64,000 nt of DNA from Utricularia gibba (Eukaryota > Plantae > Magnoliophyta): positions 186,001 through 250,000 of the forward strand of contig NEEC01000011.1 of NCBI GenBank assembly GCA_002189035.1, given 5' to 3'. The notes under the pieces are model-generated. The model was not told the DNA's origin. It worked only from the letters and a program-made list of their open reading frames with translations, and ran no database searches. This document shows, piece after piece, positions 24,820 through 36,453 of this stretch (the first letter of the stretch is position 1; every line of letters starts with the position of its first letter). A program made the translations under genes and the position numbers.

Positions 24820-25351
24820 TGATAGGGGTACAAATCAAATATGGGTAATCGGTCCCTGAAAAGCTGTCAAAAGGTGCTTTAGTGGGATAGCACAGGACGA
24901 CAGACTAATAATCATCAAGATCTGTCAGCGGCGGCCATTTGGCATTGTTTGAGAAGTGGCCAAATTACGAGAGAGCAGGTGGCGGTTATCTGAAAAGCAG
25001 GACCATTGTACAGACGCAGAAAGTAGCTGACATCTACAAAATTCAGGATTCGGTCAGATCGACCTGTTCTATTAGTAAGAGGAATCCTAAAGAGTAAAGG
25101 GTTCGACTAAAAGCCTTCCAACCTGTATCTTTTCCCACCATCTCCGTCTAGTGAAGATTTTCTCGGCGAGCTCCAACAACTTCGTGGTTTTTCCGTTCTT
25201 CGATGGTTTCCACGTAAAATGCTCCACCTCACTTCATTTCTGCTAAATGAGCCGAGCGGAACACCAAAAACATAACCAGGTGCGGCATATCCGGCTGCAC
25301 CCATAATTGGAAAATTGGCCTCCTCTCGGATACCGATTTTCGCCTTCAACA
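24820..25351 (+). mobile_element. 3' LTR of the Tat-like element
   Basis: Purine tract agaggggc before TGATAGGGG; ends CCTTCAACA, matching 18746-18842. Confidence 0.75.
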
Positions 25352-26282
25352 AGGATGTCAAAGAATCGATGGTATCATACAATCCGCTTGGGTACCTTTT
25401 GTTGTTTCAATTATTTTATCTTCCTTTTCTTCACTCAATATATGACAAACACGTGAATTTCAATACAAAAAATTATGCTAGGAGTTCTTGAGTACAAGTT
25501 CAAAAGGGAATCCTTGAAAAGCTTCTTAAAGCGTTTTCAACAATGTGGCATAAGGAATGTCACTCTCATTAAAAAAAGAGTGGAGAAATAGAGAAAATGC
25601 TTGGGTCCTTGCATACTCAACAAAAATTTGCTCACTAAAAACTCATAGACTTAGGTGGACTTCATTTTCATGTGCACCAAGTACATTGTATTTGATGATA
25701 CCTTGAGAGATGTTTTTAATGAGAAGGAGAATAAAGACATCATTAGGATCAAGGTGATGGAAACTTTGGAGGATGTTTGGGTTTTCAAGAGCCAGAAGAC
25801 CCTCAAACCTTAAAAGAAAATATCATGCCTAGAGGTCTTGAACATCAGAACCAGACCTAGGGCATGCGCATGTTATGTAAGTTCCACCATACCACCTCGT
25901 ATTATGCTAATGAATATGTGTTGTGCATCATGAACTTTGAATAGCTTTTCGACCAAGGACTTTTGATGATCCTTGAGGTGAGGTTCACTCCCAAAGGAGC
26001 TCAAGGAAGAATAACGGGTACAACCTCCCAAGGCTCACCCAAATTAAAGCATCAAAGAAGGAGCACATGACTTAAAAGAAATGTTTGGAATAGAGCTAGT
26101 CAAGTGACCCAACAAGGAAAGGGAAGGCATCTAAGGGCATTCAATCGACCCTACCAAAGCCATTCATAAACCCCCTTCTACAAAGAGATTAATTGTTTGG
26201 AGCGGATCAAGGAACTATGGGCCACCTCCCTCACTTTCTTTATTTCATAAGGCATTCTCCTGCATTATACAACCATGAACTC

Positions 26283-28621
26283 TAATAACATATGATTTTG
26301 AGTGATGAGTACATGGAAATTACTCATATTGTGCTACAAAAATTAAGTATTATTGTCTAGTTCTATATTTTTGCGCAGAAGTACTGTAGTTGTGTTATTT
26401 TAGTCTTAGTTGGGACTAAATCATTTAGTCCCAATCTTCTAATAGTTTTCTTTGAGCAATGCAGCACAGGTCGCGGGACCAATCCCAAAGAGCCGAATAT
26501 GGACAGTGTAGTGGCAGAGGAGGAGGCAGAAGTCTGAAAAGAAGTACACACAAAATCAAAGAAAGAAAAAAAGTGGGATTTTGGACAAAACGGGGGCAAG
26601 ATGGAGAGACAAAAATATCTACCCTATTGGAGACACACGACACAACTTTCTGGAGAATTTTTCTAGGGGGGTGGGGGGGGGAGAAGGAGGAAGACGAACC
26701 ATGAACGAAGCTGATGCTTTAAGATTATTTTCTGTTTTCCAAAGAATATTACTCTTAGCTAAGAGTAGCTAGCAACATTTTCTAGTTTTCTGTTGACATT
26801 TTAAATTCTTTGCTTGTTTATTTTCTAGTGTCGACTGTGAGATGAGTACAATGTGGATGATATTTTATGTTCTATTTTCGTTTATGTTAAGCATGATTGG
26901 CTAAGTGATTAGGGGTGCCTTGGGGTGAAGAAGGAGAAATGTGCTAATTAATCTTTAGATCTAATCAACCATAGGCCACGCCACTTCATTAAAAAACTAG
27001 GATAGATCCAGGAGGGGGAATTAGTGAAACCCAGCTTAACAACCCTAATTAGAGTAGACCAAAAATTAGGTGGAAAACAAGAGTCCGGGTAGACCTAGAT
27101 CTTGTGTGTTAGTTGTTTGATTTATGATTTGTGTGAGCTTGTTTAGTGATAAGCATAAGATAACACACGAATTTTCCTATAATTAGAATAAGAAAATTAT
27201 GCTTTTGAATCATGTTTTAAGTGTTTATCTTATAGTTTTTAGTATTTTTACCAAATTTTAGGACATAATGTGATTTTATGTGTTAATGGTCTAAATCCTT
27301 TGATTTAGCCCATCCCATGTTATTAATATTTTTCCTAGTCCAGCAGCAAAGTTCTAAAATTAGGGAAGAGACATGAATTTCGTGCATGTAGAGATTTGAA
27401 GAAATGGGCAGCATTAAAAGAGGAGAAATAATGTACTGTTCTGCTGTCCACCAGCAGGTTCAAGTCAAGAACAATGCTGGTGTCAGGAACAGTGTAATGG
27501 AGTAAAGGAGGGAAGATATTTTTTGAAAGGGAGAGAACGTATAGCGACGGGTAGAGCCGACGAGGGAGCTTCTCCCTGAACACGACGTGCACTGAACCAG
27601 GAGAGGAGAAGAAGAACTTCATCCTCAAGAACAGCATCGGAGCCCAGTCCAGCGCTACTGTTCTGACCCGGGAACAGTAGTAGATGGAAACCAGAACTCT
27701 TACTGCTTTATTTTCATTTGTTGATATATTCAGTTTCTGCAACCAACTCTTTCATGATGTTCTTGACATTTTCTTTGCTTTATGTTAATGTTATCATGTT
27801 TTACCTTCAAAGTATGAGTAGTTAGAACCTTAGGGATGACTTAAGGTGAAGTATGGTGGTGAGTGCTTAGGGTTAATAATGAAATTTATGTTTGTTCCTT
27901 AGCTCTTGTTTCGATCAATCTATGGGTAGACCTAAGGAGGGGGAACAAGTAGTTTCACAACTAAGATACTAGGTTTAGAGGTAGACCAACAAATCAAGAC
28001 GGGCATAGTAGGTGTTAGTCCGGGGTAGAACCAGTAGAACCGGATAGACCTAGTTCTATATGCTTTGCATGAGGGTAGACCTAATTGCAATGTTGGTTAT
28101 GATATTGGGGACTAGCTTAGCTGAAAATATGATGAATGACCTGGGTAGACATAGGTTGTTTGAAGTTGTGAGTGTAGGAACATGGTAAATTAAATTAGGC
28201 ACCTTAGAATAACACCACCTGCAGATCCTTAAGACATCTTCGTGTAGATTAGGGCTTATAAATTAATCTGATAACGAAATTTCTATTTTTGCAACGACAT
28301 TAGTAAATTTTGTTTATCAACATACATCCCCTAGGAGTCCCAAGGCATCACCCATTTCATCTTAGAAACTACCGAGTTCCAAAGCGTAATAGTTTTCTTT
28401 ATTGTATTCCATCGTAGTTCTACCTTAGTCCTAGTTAAGACCAAATCTATCACCGTGATACTGATTATGCATTGACTTTCACATAGCAAACATCTGCTCT
28501 TTGTGTTCGACCCTAATCACTATGTTCATAATTGTATTATGCTTGAATGTGTGTTAGGTTATAAATTTATTTGATAGGGAAAATTGAAATTTAGCGACAT
28601 TACTAAATTTTTCATTTATCA
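26283..28621 (+). mobile_element. Solo LTR (family E) containing a nested family A LTR
   Basis: Perfect AACTC TSD at 26278-26282 and 28622-28626. Ends TTTATCA; the two halves join across the nested insert. Confidence 0.85.
27158..28319 (+). mobile_element. Solo LTR (family A) nested in the family E LTR
   Basis: gcata/acata TSD (4/5); ends GTTTATCA; similar to 49570-50865. Confidence 0.8.
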
Positions 28622-28989
28622 AACTCTATTTACCTTAGGCCACATTTGGTTTGGTAGTTTAGGTGGGTTTCCACGTGGGTTTTAGAATAAGCACCCGTTT
28701 GGTGCATGGGTTTCAAGCAAGTAAAAATATACCCACCCGTTGCCTATATACCCGGCGGGAACACGCCGAGCTAGGGTTTAACTAAACCGAGGGAGGGGGG
28801 TGGTCGGTTTAGCTAAACAAGGGGTGAGGCTTGTTAATATACTTATATTAACATACTTGGTTGGGATGAATCTGTTAATATACTTATATTGAAAAACTTA
28901 TCATACGGGAAAAAAGTGCAAAAAAAGTATGCATCAACTGAGAACTTGAGATGTAGGTATTCCCTTACAAATAAGATTGCAAAAAAAGT

Positions 28990-30148
28990 TGAGTGTATTA
29001 GTAGGTTGGTGAGTGAAGTTAACTATGCATCAACTGAGAACTTGAGAATCAGTCGAGATGCCTTCAGTATTTTATGTCTATTAGAAAGGTTGGAAAATAT
29101 GTTACAGTTCTACAGATGGTTTGCATAAAAAAATGTTTTAAGGAATCTTAGTTCACCATAAAAAAATGTGGGTGAAGAATCATGTTTATAGGAGAAGCAT
29201 TGAAACTGAGTCTCGGTGCTTCCAAAAGATGTTGCATGCGGTCCTTTGCCTTTATGAGGTGCTACTAGATACCCAATAGCTGCTGGAGAAAGTGGATCCG
29301 AAGGAAAGTTCTAAGACTTCCAAGTAGACACATCTTTTATATATGTTTTTTTTAGAATGTAGCTATAATTGACTATGTAATTACATGGTTTTGTTGGGAC
29401 CATGGATAGTACATACATTGGTATATGAGTGAAGAAATCTGAAGTTGCAAGGTATAGAAATCGAAAGGGTGTGATATCCACAAATGTGTTGAGTGTATGT
29501 GATGAATACATGAAATTTATATATGTGCTTGCTGGGTGGGAGGGGTCTACTGCAAACAGTCAGGTGCTAAACGATGCTCTCTCAAGATCCAATGGCTTTC
29601 ATATACGCCCAGGTATATCACTTGTTTAGTCCTTGCATGAGATTCCAATTATTTTATGGAAATTAATATGTTATGACACAAGAACATATTACCTATGCGA
29701 TAATGGATATATCAATTAGGGCTTTTTGGCACCATACCATGGAGTTGGTTATCACATGAAGGATTGGGTACAAGGAAGTGGAGTACCTCAGAAATTGAAA
29801 GAGCTATTCAACATGTGGCACACATCAGCTAGAAATGTGATTCAACGAGCTTGGGGCTTGATGAAGATGTGGTGGGGTATGCCACGGTCGGCTAGCTACT
29901 ATTTAGTAGATACATAGAATCGAATTGTATTAGCATGTGCTTTGCTCTATAACCTCATTCAAAAGGAGATGGTCATCGATCCCCTAGAGGATGAGGTCCC
30001 ATTGCACTTCCAGAATGAAGTCAGGGAAACGAGTGATACAAAAGACGCCACATCGTCTATTGGAGGAAGTTAGGCATGGAATAGATGGCGTGACAAGCAA
30101 GCTCAGGTGATGTAAACCAAGTGGCTTGCAATTCACAGACATCGCTAA
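28990..30148 (+). pseudogene. PIF/Harbinger DDE transposase remnant
   Basis: RRSIETESRCF..AVL, ARYRNRKGVISTNVLSVCD..FIYVLAGWEGSTANSQVL, YYLCDNGY, FLAPYHGVGYH, ELFNMWHTSARNVIQRAWG, IVLACALLYNLI. Multiple stops. Confidence 0.92.
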
Positions 30149-31360
30149 TGTAGGCCTGCTTTAGATTGTTGTGTTATTGCTTTTTCTAAATGACCATTTC
30201 GAAACTATCATGACATTTGTACTAGATTTGTTAATCGAAACTTGTATGCATTAGAAAGATTGAACAAGCATCACATAGATACATATCAAATGCACAGTCA
30301 TAAATACATCAGGCATACTCTAACATGAACACTGATACTCATAGTATCCAGTGCTTGCTACAAGTAGTGGTGGGATTCTACCATTGTGATGTGTATTACC
30401 ATGAGATAACAAGGTATTACATGGAGGACCATTGGACACAGCATCGCGATTTGGGGACGAGGTGCTTCGTAGGGCCTATAAGACATTACATGCTTCGTAG
30501 CACTATGTGTTGCACTGTTTGGTGCTTCGAAATTTTGGAAAGACATGAGTTTGAAGTTGCCCCATATTATCGGGGTATAATTGGTAGAACACCACTACTC
30601 CCTTTTACCAAACACCATGAGTCGTAAAATCCAATGCTTTTGAATGCCTGTGTTACACTACGCACAGAGCAGCACTGCATGCTACCTTATCCAGTATTCT
30701 ATTTTTCAATAAGAAATGAGTTTAAATGATGCAATTATCTAGCATTAAATGCGCTGGGAGGGTGTTAACCACATTGGGCTATCAATTCTCACCTATGCAC
30801 AATAAAGGCATTTGACATTTCTCACTTTCCAAAACAACTATATTAATCATGCTCTTACACCTCCTTGCTTCCGCCATACGTTCAACAGCACCGCATAAAC
30901 ATGATTCCATCATGCCCCATCAGAAGAGCTTCGCGACGTGAGGCAGAATAGTACGTGACCTATTCATATGCATTTCAGAATCTTCCTTTCTTTCGATAGT
31001 GTGATTTCTGTTTTTCTTTTGATAGATGTTGATGTGTGAAAAACTACATGCCTGCTTTTCAATTCCAAATGGATACACAATGTTCTAAAACACCAGCTAG
31101 AGTTGGAGCAATGATATTTGCCTTCAGCACCGAGCACTTTTAGTGTGGATTGCGACTGCCCCCGCCTCCTTTCATGATGTAGATACTTGCTGCACTCCAG
31201 ATCCCACTCTCATACTCTACTCCACGTTATGTGCTGCACATACTCGCGTTTTTGCATATTTGTGAAGTGGAGAATATATCTCCGAAAATGCATGTCTTCT
31301 TTGCAGTCTCCATGTGTGTGCAATGTAAGAGGAGGCTGCACTATTCTCTTTATGGCAAAT

Positions 31361-32211
31361 TGTTGGGTTTCTCGTAGACATCGTATGTCTCAAAAGCAGT
31401 GGAATTTGAAAAATTTTGAGAAACCCCAACACAGATCTTGGAATACGGTATACATCAGACATAGGGATGTTCAAAGTACCTTTCAGATGACTCCGTTGTT
31501 CACCAACCGCCAATAGCGGACGGCCTCTATGGTATCCACACATGGAGCACTCCGTCGATAACCTTCTCAAGGCTCTTGAATGCTGGTCAAATTTCTCAGG
31601 TGCTAGTAGAGAAAAACGCCTCCTTGTGGATCAGTCTCAAAGAGCACGATAACCTTGGAGCACATCTCAAGATCTGAATCTTTTTTTATAGATATTTTTG
31701 ACATATCAAATCATATCTATATGAGATCTTTTATTTTGAGTTTAATCAATATTAATCTCAAAATAATTCTCTATTGATTAAACTCAAAATAAAAGATCTG
31801 ATATAGATAAGATTTGGAACATACATATATCTCCATAAAATGAGATCTTTACAGAGATTTGATTTGATATGTTACCAAATATCTATCAGAAAGATTTGAT
31901 CTGTAGAGATTTTCCATATCTTTGTTCTCTCTGAAATTGATCCAAAAATGGACGATTTTCTCTACTAGCACTTGAGGAGATCGACCATCATTTTTCTTCC
32001 TTGAGAAGACTATCAACAGAGTGCTTCATGCGTGGATACCGTAGAGGCCATCTACAATTGATGGTCGGTAAACAACGGAGTGTACTGAAAAGTATTCTAA
32101 GAATCGCCTTATCTGATTCATAATGTATTGCAAGATCTGCATTTGGGGTTTCTACAAAAGCTTTAAATTCCACTGCTTTTTTGGCATGTGATGTCTACAA
32201 GAAACCTAGCA
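31361..32211. mobile_element. Two Angela-like LTR ends fused head-to-head (large imperfect palindrome)
   Basis: 31361-31774 is collinear with the 21200 LTR; 31771-32211 is a diverged inverted copy. Junction has a TATT microhomology; no shared TSD. Confidence 0.8.
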
Positions 32212-32269
32212 TTAAAAACGTTAGAAGCGCATATCATTTTTGTATGGGTATGCCCACCCAACGATGCAA

Positions 32270-33995
32270 AATGGCCAACAAGATTGACCATGTTAGAGAA
32301 TGTAGGACACCCATCAGGTAATCACATGCAAATACTTTAAATATTCTAAATTCATGTGCATCAAATGGCATGTTTTTTGTCGTCCTGTTGTAGGAGTTGT
32401 AGGAGTGGAGGTCTATCCAAAGCGTGCAGCAAAGCGGTTATTAAATTTGTTCTCTAGCATAACAAAGTCTCTTGAGGACATCTTGCCACCCTTTTTTAAT
32501 ACCCCTAAAACACAACACCTGTGGTGTGGAGCCCTTCGACACCGTACAATGTAAGAGTATGAACAATGATGCGGAGGATGTGGTCCATGAAGAGGGTGAA
32601 AACGTGCACCCATAAGGCAACAGTAATAGACCAAAGCCGATCTTGACACTAGACGATGGGTACGTGTTAAGTGTCATTTTCTCACTATTTCTTAGGGTTT
32701 TTTTTTGCTTAATTGTGATTAAAAATATCTAATTAGGAGTCTATAATATTAGATATAGGTTTTAATCTAGTTTAGGGTAATTATCCTAAATCTTGTATTT
32801 TATCTAATAATTTTGCTAGTTTAATTAAGTTTTTCTAGAGGCGTACACATGGCAGGAAGTGAGAGAAAGAGGGAAGCAAATGGCGACAAAATGGATCTTC
32901 CCGAGATGACACTCCTTTGATTTTGGAAGACTGCAAACGCCTAATCATGAGCTTTGACGTGCGGAACATGGGACTCTCTGACAAGAGAAATCAATACGTA
33001 CCAGTCAGAGCAGACGTTGGCTTGCAAGTCATTCCAGTCTAGCAGAACCAGAGGAACACGAAATCTAAGACAAAATAATCCAGCTCAGTTAAGTTCGGAC
33101 AAGTTTAGTTTTACTTTCAGTTTAATTTAAACTTTTGTTTCTCTCTTTAGAGGATTTTCCTCTTGCTTCTCTTTAGAACCTTGTTTTCGTTTTCTTTAGT
33201 TTGTATTGCCGTTCGCGGCTAGAAACTCTCGTTTCTAAGTTGGGATACTCCCAGATCTATGTTTCGTATGTCTTCACGCGACTATGTTACAGTCTTTCTA
33301 TAACAGCCCCTTATTTAACCAAAGAAGAGTGAAGACGCAATAAACATAGCTGGGCAAGATTCCAAACTCTGGAGCATTCGCTTATTTGAGGTTCATCGCT
33401 TAGGTTTATTTCTTTTGTTTGTTTACAACCCTCTTATCCCCTTACTCAAGCTTCATCATTTACATTTCTTGCACTTTTACTTTACAAAACCGATTATAAA
33501 TCATGATATTTGTATTCGGTGTACATCACCTTTCATTGAAAAACCACTCCCTACATTCGACACCCGTACTACGCTTTTGTGTTTTACGAGTTTTAAAAAT
33601 ATGAAAATTTGTTGTGGAAACGACACGCATCAGTATGGCATTGCCACTATAAAGTACACCGAGTTGGAGAGATTGTATGTCGAGAATCTTGAACTCTATT
33701 GACGACTCGCTTGGCATGAGTGCACAATCCCACCACGGAAGTTATTAATATTTGATGTAAATGGCGTACTTGAAGACATTGTGTATCCTTAGGATGTCAA
33801 GTGGGGAACTCTGAGGCCAGATGCGGTTATTTATAGGCAAAATGGTAATGTGCTAAATTCAACCATGTGCATCCATCACGATGCGATACTCTCAAGTTTG
33901 ATATCAGTTTAATATTTTTAGCATGTTTCAATACTATTATTATAGTTGTAGTGTATCTCCGACTAGGAGCACGTGAGTTGATTATTTGGTGGGGT
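32270..33995 (+). pseudogene. NIF/FCP1-like HAD phosphatase pseudogene, copy 2 (split by a solo LTR, 3' truncated)
   Basis: LENVGHPSG|V..DILPP..HLWCGALR..[LTR]..PPRKLLIFDVNGVLEDIV..RQN|VYLRLGARELI. Phase-1 GT-AG introns at 32318-32393 and 33845-33951, the same protein positions as in copy 1. Confidence 0.75.
32665..33632 (+). mobile_element. Solo LTR (family B2)
   Basis: TGTTAAGTG...CACGCATCA with gtacg/gtatg TSD (4/5); collinear with 39480-40788. Confidence 0.85.
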
Positions 33996-35199
33996 AAGAT
34001 TGATGCATGATTATGTGGTGGGGTCCGCATGATACTGATGCTTGATTTTATCAATAACAAATTTCAATGAACAATTGTATGATGTGATCTAGTGGTTAAT
34101 AGGACCTGTAGCCGCTAGCAAGCTCGTCTTCAAATGGGATGGATCCTGGACTATGGACACTACTTGTCCAGTGAATGACAACAGGAACAACATCGTTAAA
34201 CTAAAGCTATTGACTCATCGTCTTAATACACTACTCATTTACGATGTGCCATACAAGTCACTATGCAACCCGGTGAGTGTCTCATCACTCTCTTGCACCA
34301 TGCCATTGTGTATTTGGTGATGGTATACTTTCATTGGACAACCGAAGAATGCCATATTCCCAACAACCTACAAGTACACCACGGACAACAATTGTTTCCT
34401 TGTTCGAGGGTTGATATCAGGTCGTTCATGGAAGTGCTCATTGACATAATGGATGTTACCATGTACGTCGATTGTCGACGAGTAGGTCAACATCCAATAA
34501 ACAAGTAACACCTGCTATGGAAGCACTACAAGGTTATTGTGGTAGACGACATACCTTTAATTTGCTTGAATCTTGCATGAACGATGGTATTCTAACTTTT
34601 CTATTATGTGATCAAACAACTATTGCGAATGCACCGCATGTATTAAGATCCGGTGCCATATCTGACAACTGCACAGTGTGTCCATATGCAGTGCTTCATT
34701 ACACTCAACACCAATGCGATGCTCTTCCATCACTTCTTGATAGCACTGCACTGTAATGCATCCTCGTTCAAAGCATTGCGTTTATGAATTAGTGCTTCAA
34801 AGCATAACACCGTGCTTGCTCATACACACTGCACTGTAATGTGTCTTCTAATATAGTGCTCACGCCTTGCACACAACCCCGCCACTTCAATCTAGTGTTG
34901 CATATACAAGTTACATATATTCATCTCCCTACTACATTTTCATGTGCAATACCATACATATTTGCTTAGAAAATGTTTAGAAGATGAAATACATCCAGTC
35001 CATGAGTCCAACAAAATGCCAAAAGTGCACAAATGATTTAAGATCTAGTGTTATATGCTAGAATACGCACAATCAGCTCTCTTTCGCAATCAATCGAGGC
35101 AAGAAACTAGCACAACCTCACCTGGTTGAAGCTAATCATCTCCGCTATGGTAAAACGTTGGATTGCAGAAAGTTGCAGCAATATACCTCTCATGCTCAT

Positions 35200-36046
35200 T
35201 GTCCACCAACTCTTGCGCTTGCTACACCACTGTTAATCCCAAGTGATGTAGCTCCTTGCATGTGCGCACATTCAGCTCCTTTAATTCTCTCAGGAATTGC
35301 ATATCATCATCGATTCCCCTCGGCCCCCGTTCGCTTCATCCAGACCGCCGCAAGTAGTCGATGCTGTTATGTGACTTGGAGTCCCGACTCTCAGGGGTGA
35401 CATTCACACCCTCTGTGCCACAATCAAATGGGTCACAAGATTTGTCCGTTCATATGCTATCCAGTGATATCTGGATCTAGGAGACAATCCGAAGATGCAT
35501 CCAAATTCTCAGCAATGTCTTCGATGAATTTTCTCTTCCTTGTCGCACTATATAGGTCATAGTATTATCTCCATTAGCTCGATCCTTTCTAAAGATTTCC
35601 CACTACTCCATGTAATACGGCCACGCTTTGTATCTTAGTACACACAGCCTCAATGCATGCTGGCATAACCACACGACAAGCTTGGGATATAACACCGCTG
35701 ACTATAGGACATACGTACCTGGTCAATCTCCTTCAAGGCCTCCTCGTCAGAATCTACAGTGTAGGTTAGCTCGCTAAAATCAGTGCCCGACCTTGATGAA
35801 AAAATCTACAGGGAGGTAGTAGTCTTTTTTCTATCTATGCACCTTATTGAATATGTGCGGGTGTGTACGGATGTGAGTTCCTGGGCAGATTTAAAAGAAC
35901 TCTGTCTCTAGCGCTCGGTGATACCCACCCCTGAAACCTTTCTCAATTTTCCAACCTTCTTTTACTCTTTGCTTCAGAGCATGCAAAAAGTCCTTCTCCT
36001 CATCTGGCTTCCAAGCTCATTTTGTTGTTTTAGTGGAGTCTTCCAT
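35200..36046 (-). pseudogene. PIF/Harbinger ORF1 (Myb/SANT-like) remnant
   Basis: WKPDEEKDFLHALKQRVKEGWKIEKGFR.GY..PGTHIRTHPHI, an intron, then LRYKAWPYYME*WEIFRKDRANG. Confidence 0.85.
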
Positions 36047-36453
36047 GACATTTGGGCTATGCATACTTGCGGTCTATACTTGAGGAAAGAAAATAGCAAT
36101 AAAAAAGTAAAAGCATTGACAACTTACGACAAATAAACTCTATAATCGATTCTGAAATCAACAAATTTCAAGTGAGAAACTCCACACAAGGAACGGCATA
36201 CGCAATCTACAGTTAACTCATGGCCTAAAGCCCTCACTTACCGGTTAAATCCCTGAAGATCTCGTTGCGCAGCAGCACCGCATCCCCATGGATGATGTCG
36301 GTGGTGAAAGGGGTAAACAAATTGTCACAAAAAGGTGTAATAATTTTGGGAAAGCCTATATTGGTAATTTCATGTGAACATTTATTATAAACCTAATTTT
36401 ATAACCACGTACCAAGCATATTTTCATCTTAAACCCAAAAAATTTAAACCCAT

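Larger units (their letters stand above)
18746..25351 (+). mobile_element. Ty3/gypsy Tat/Retand-like element, internally deleted and interrupted
   Basis: 97-bp 5' LTR remnant (18746-18842) matches the end of the 3' LTR (ending 25351) and is followed by a degenerate PBS (tttggtgcccacc). Also has gag, a Tat-type protease region, a long 3' region and a PPT. RT, RNase H and integrase are absent. Confidence 0.85.
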
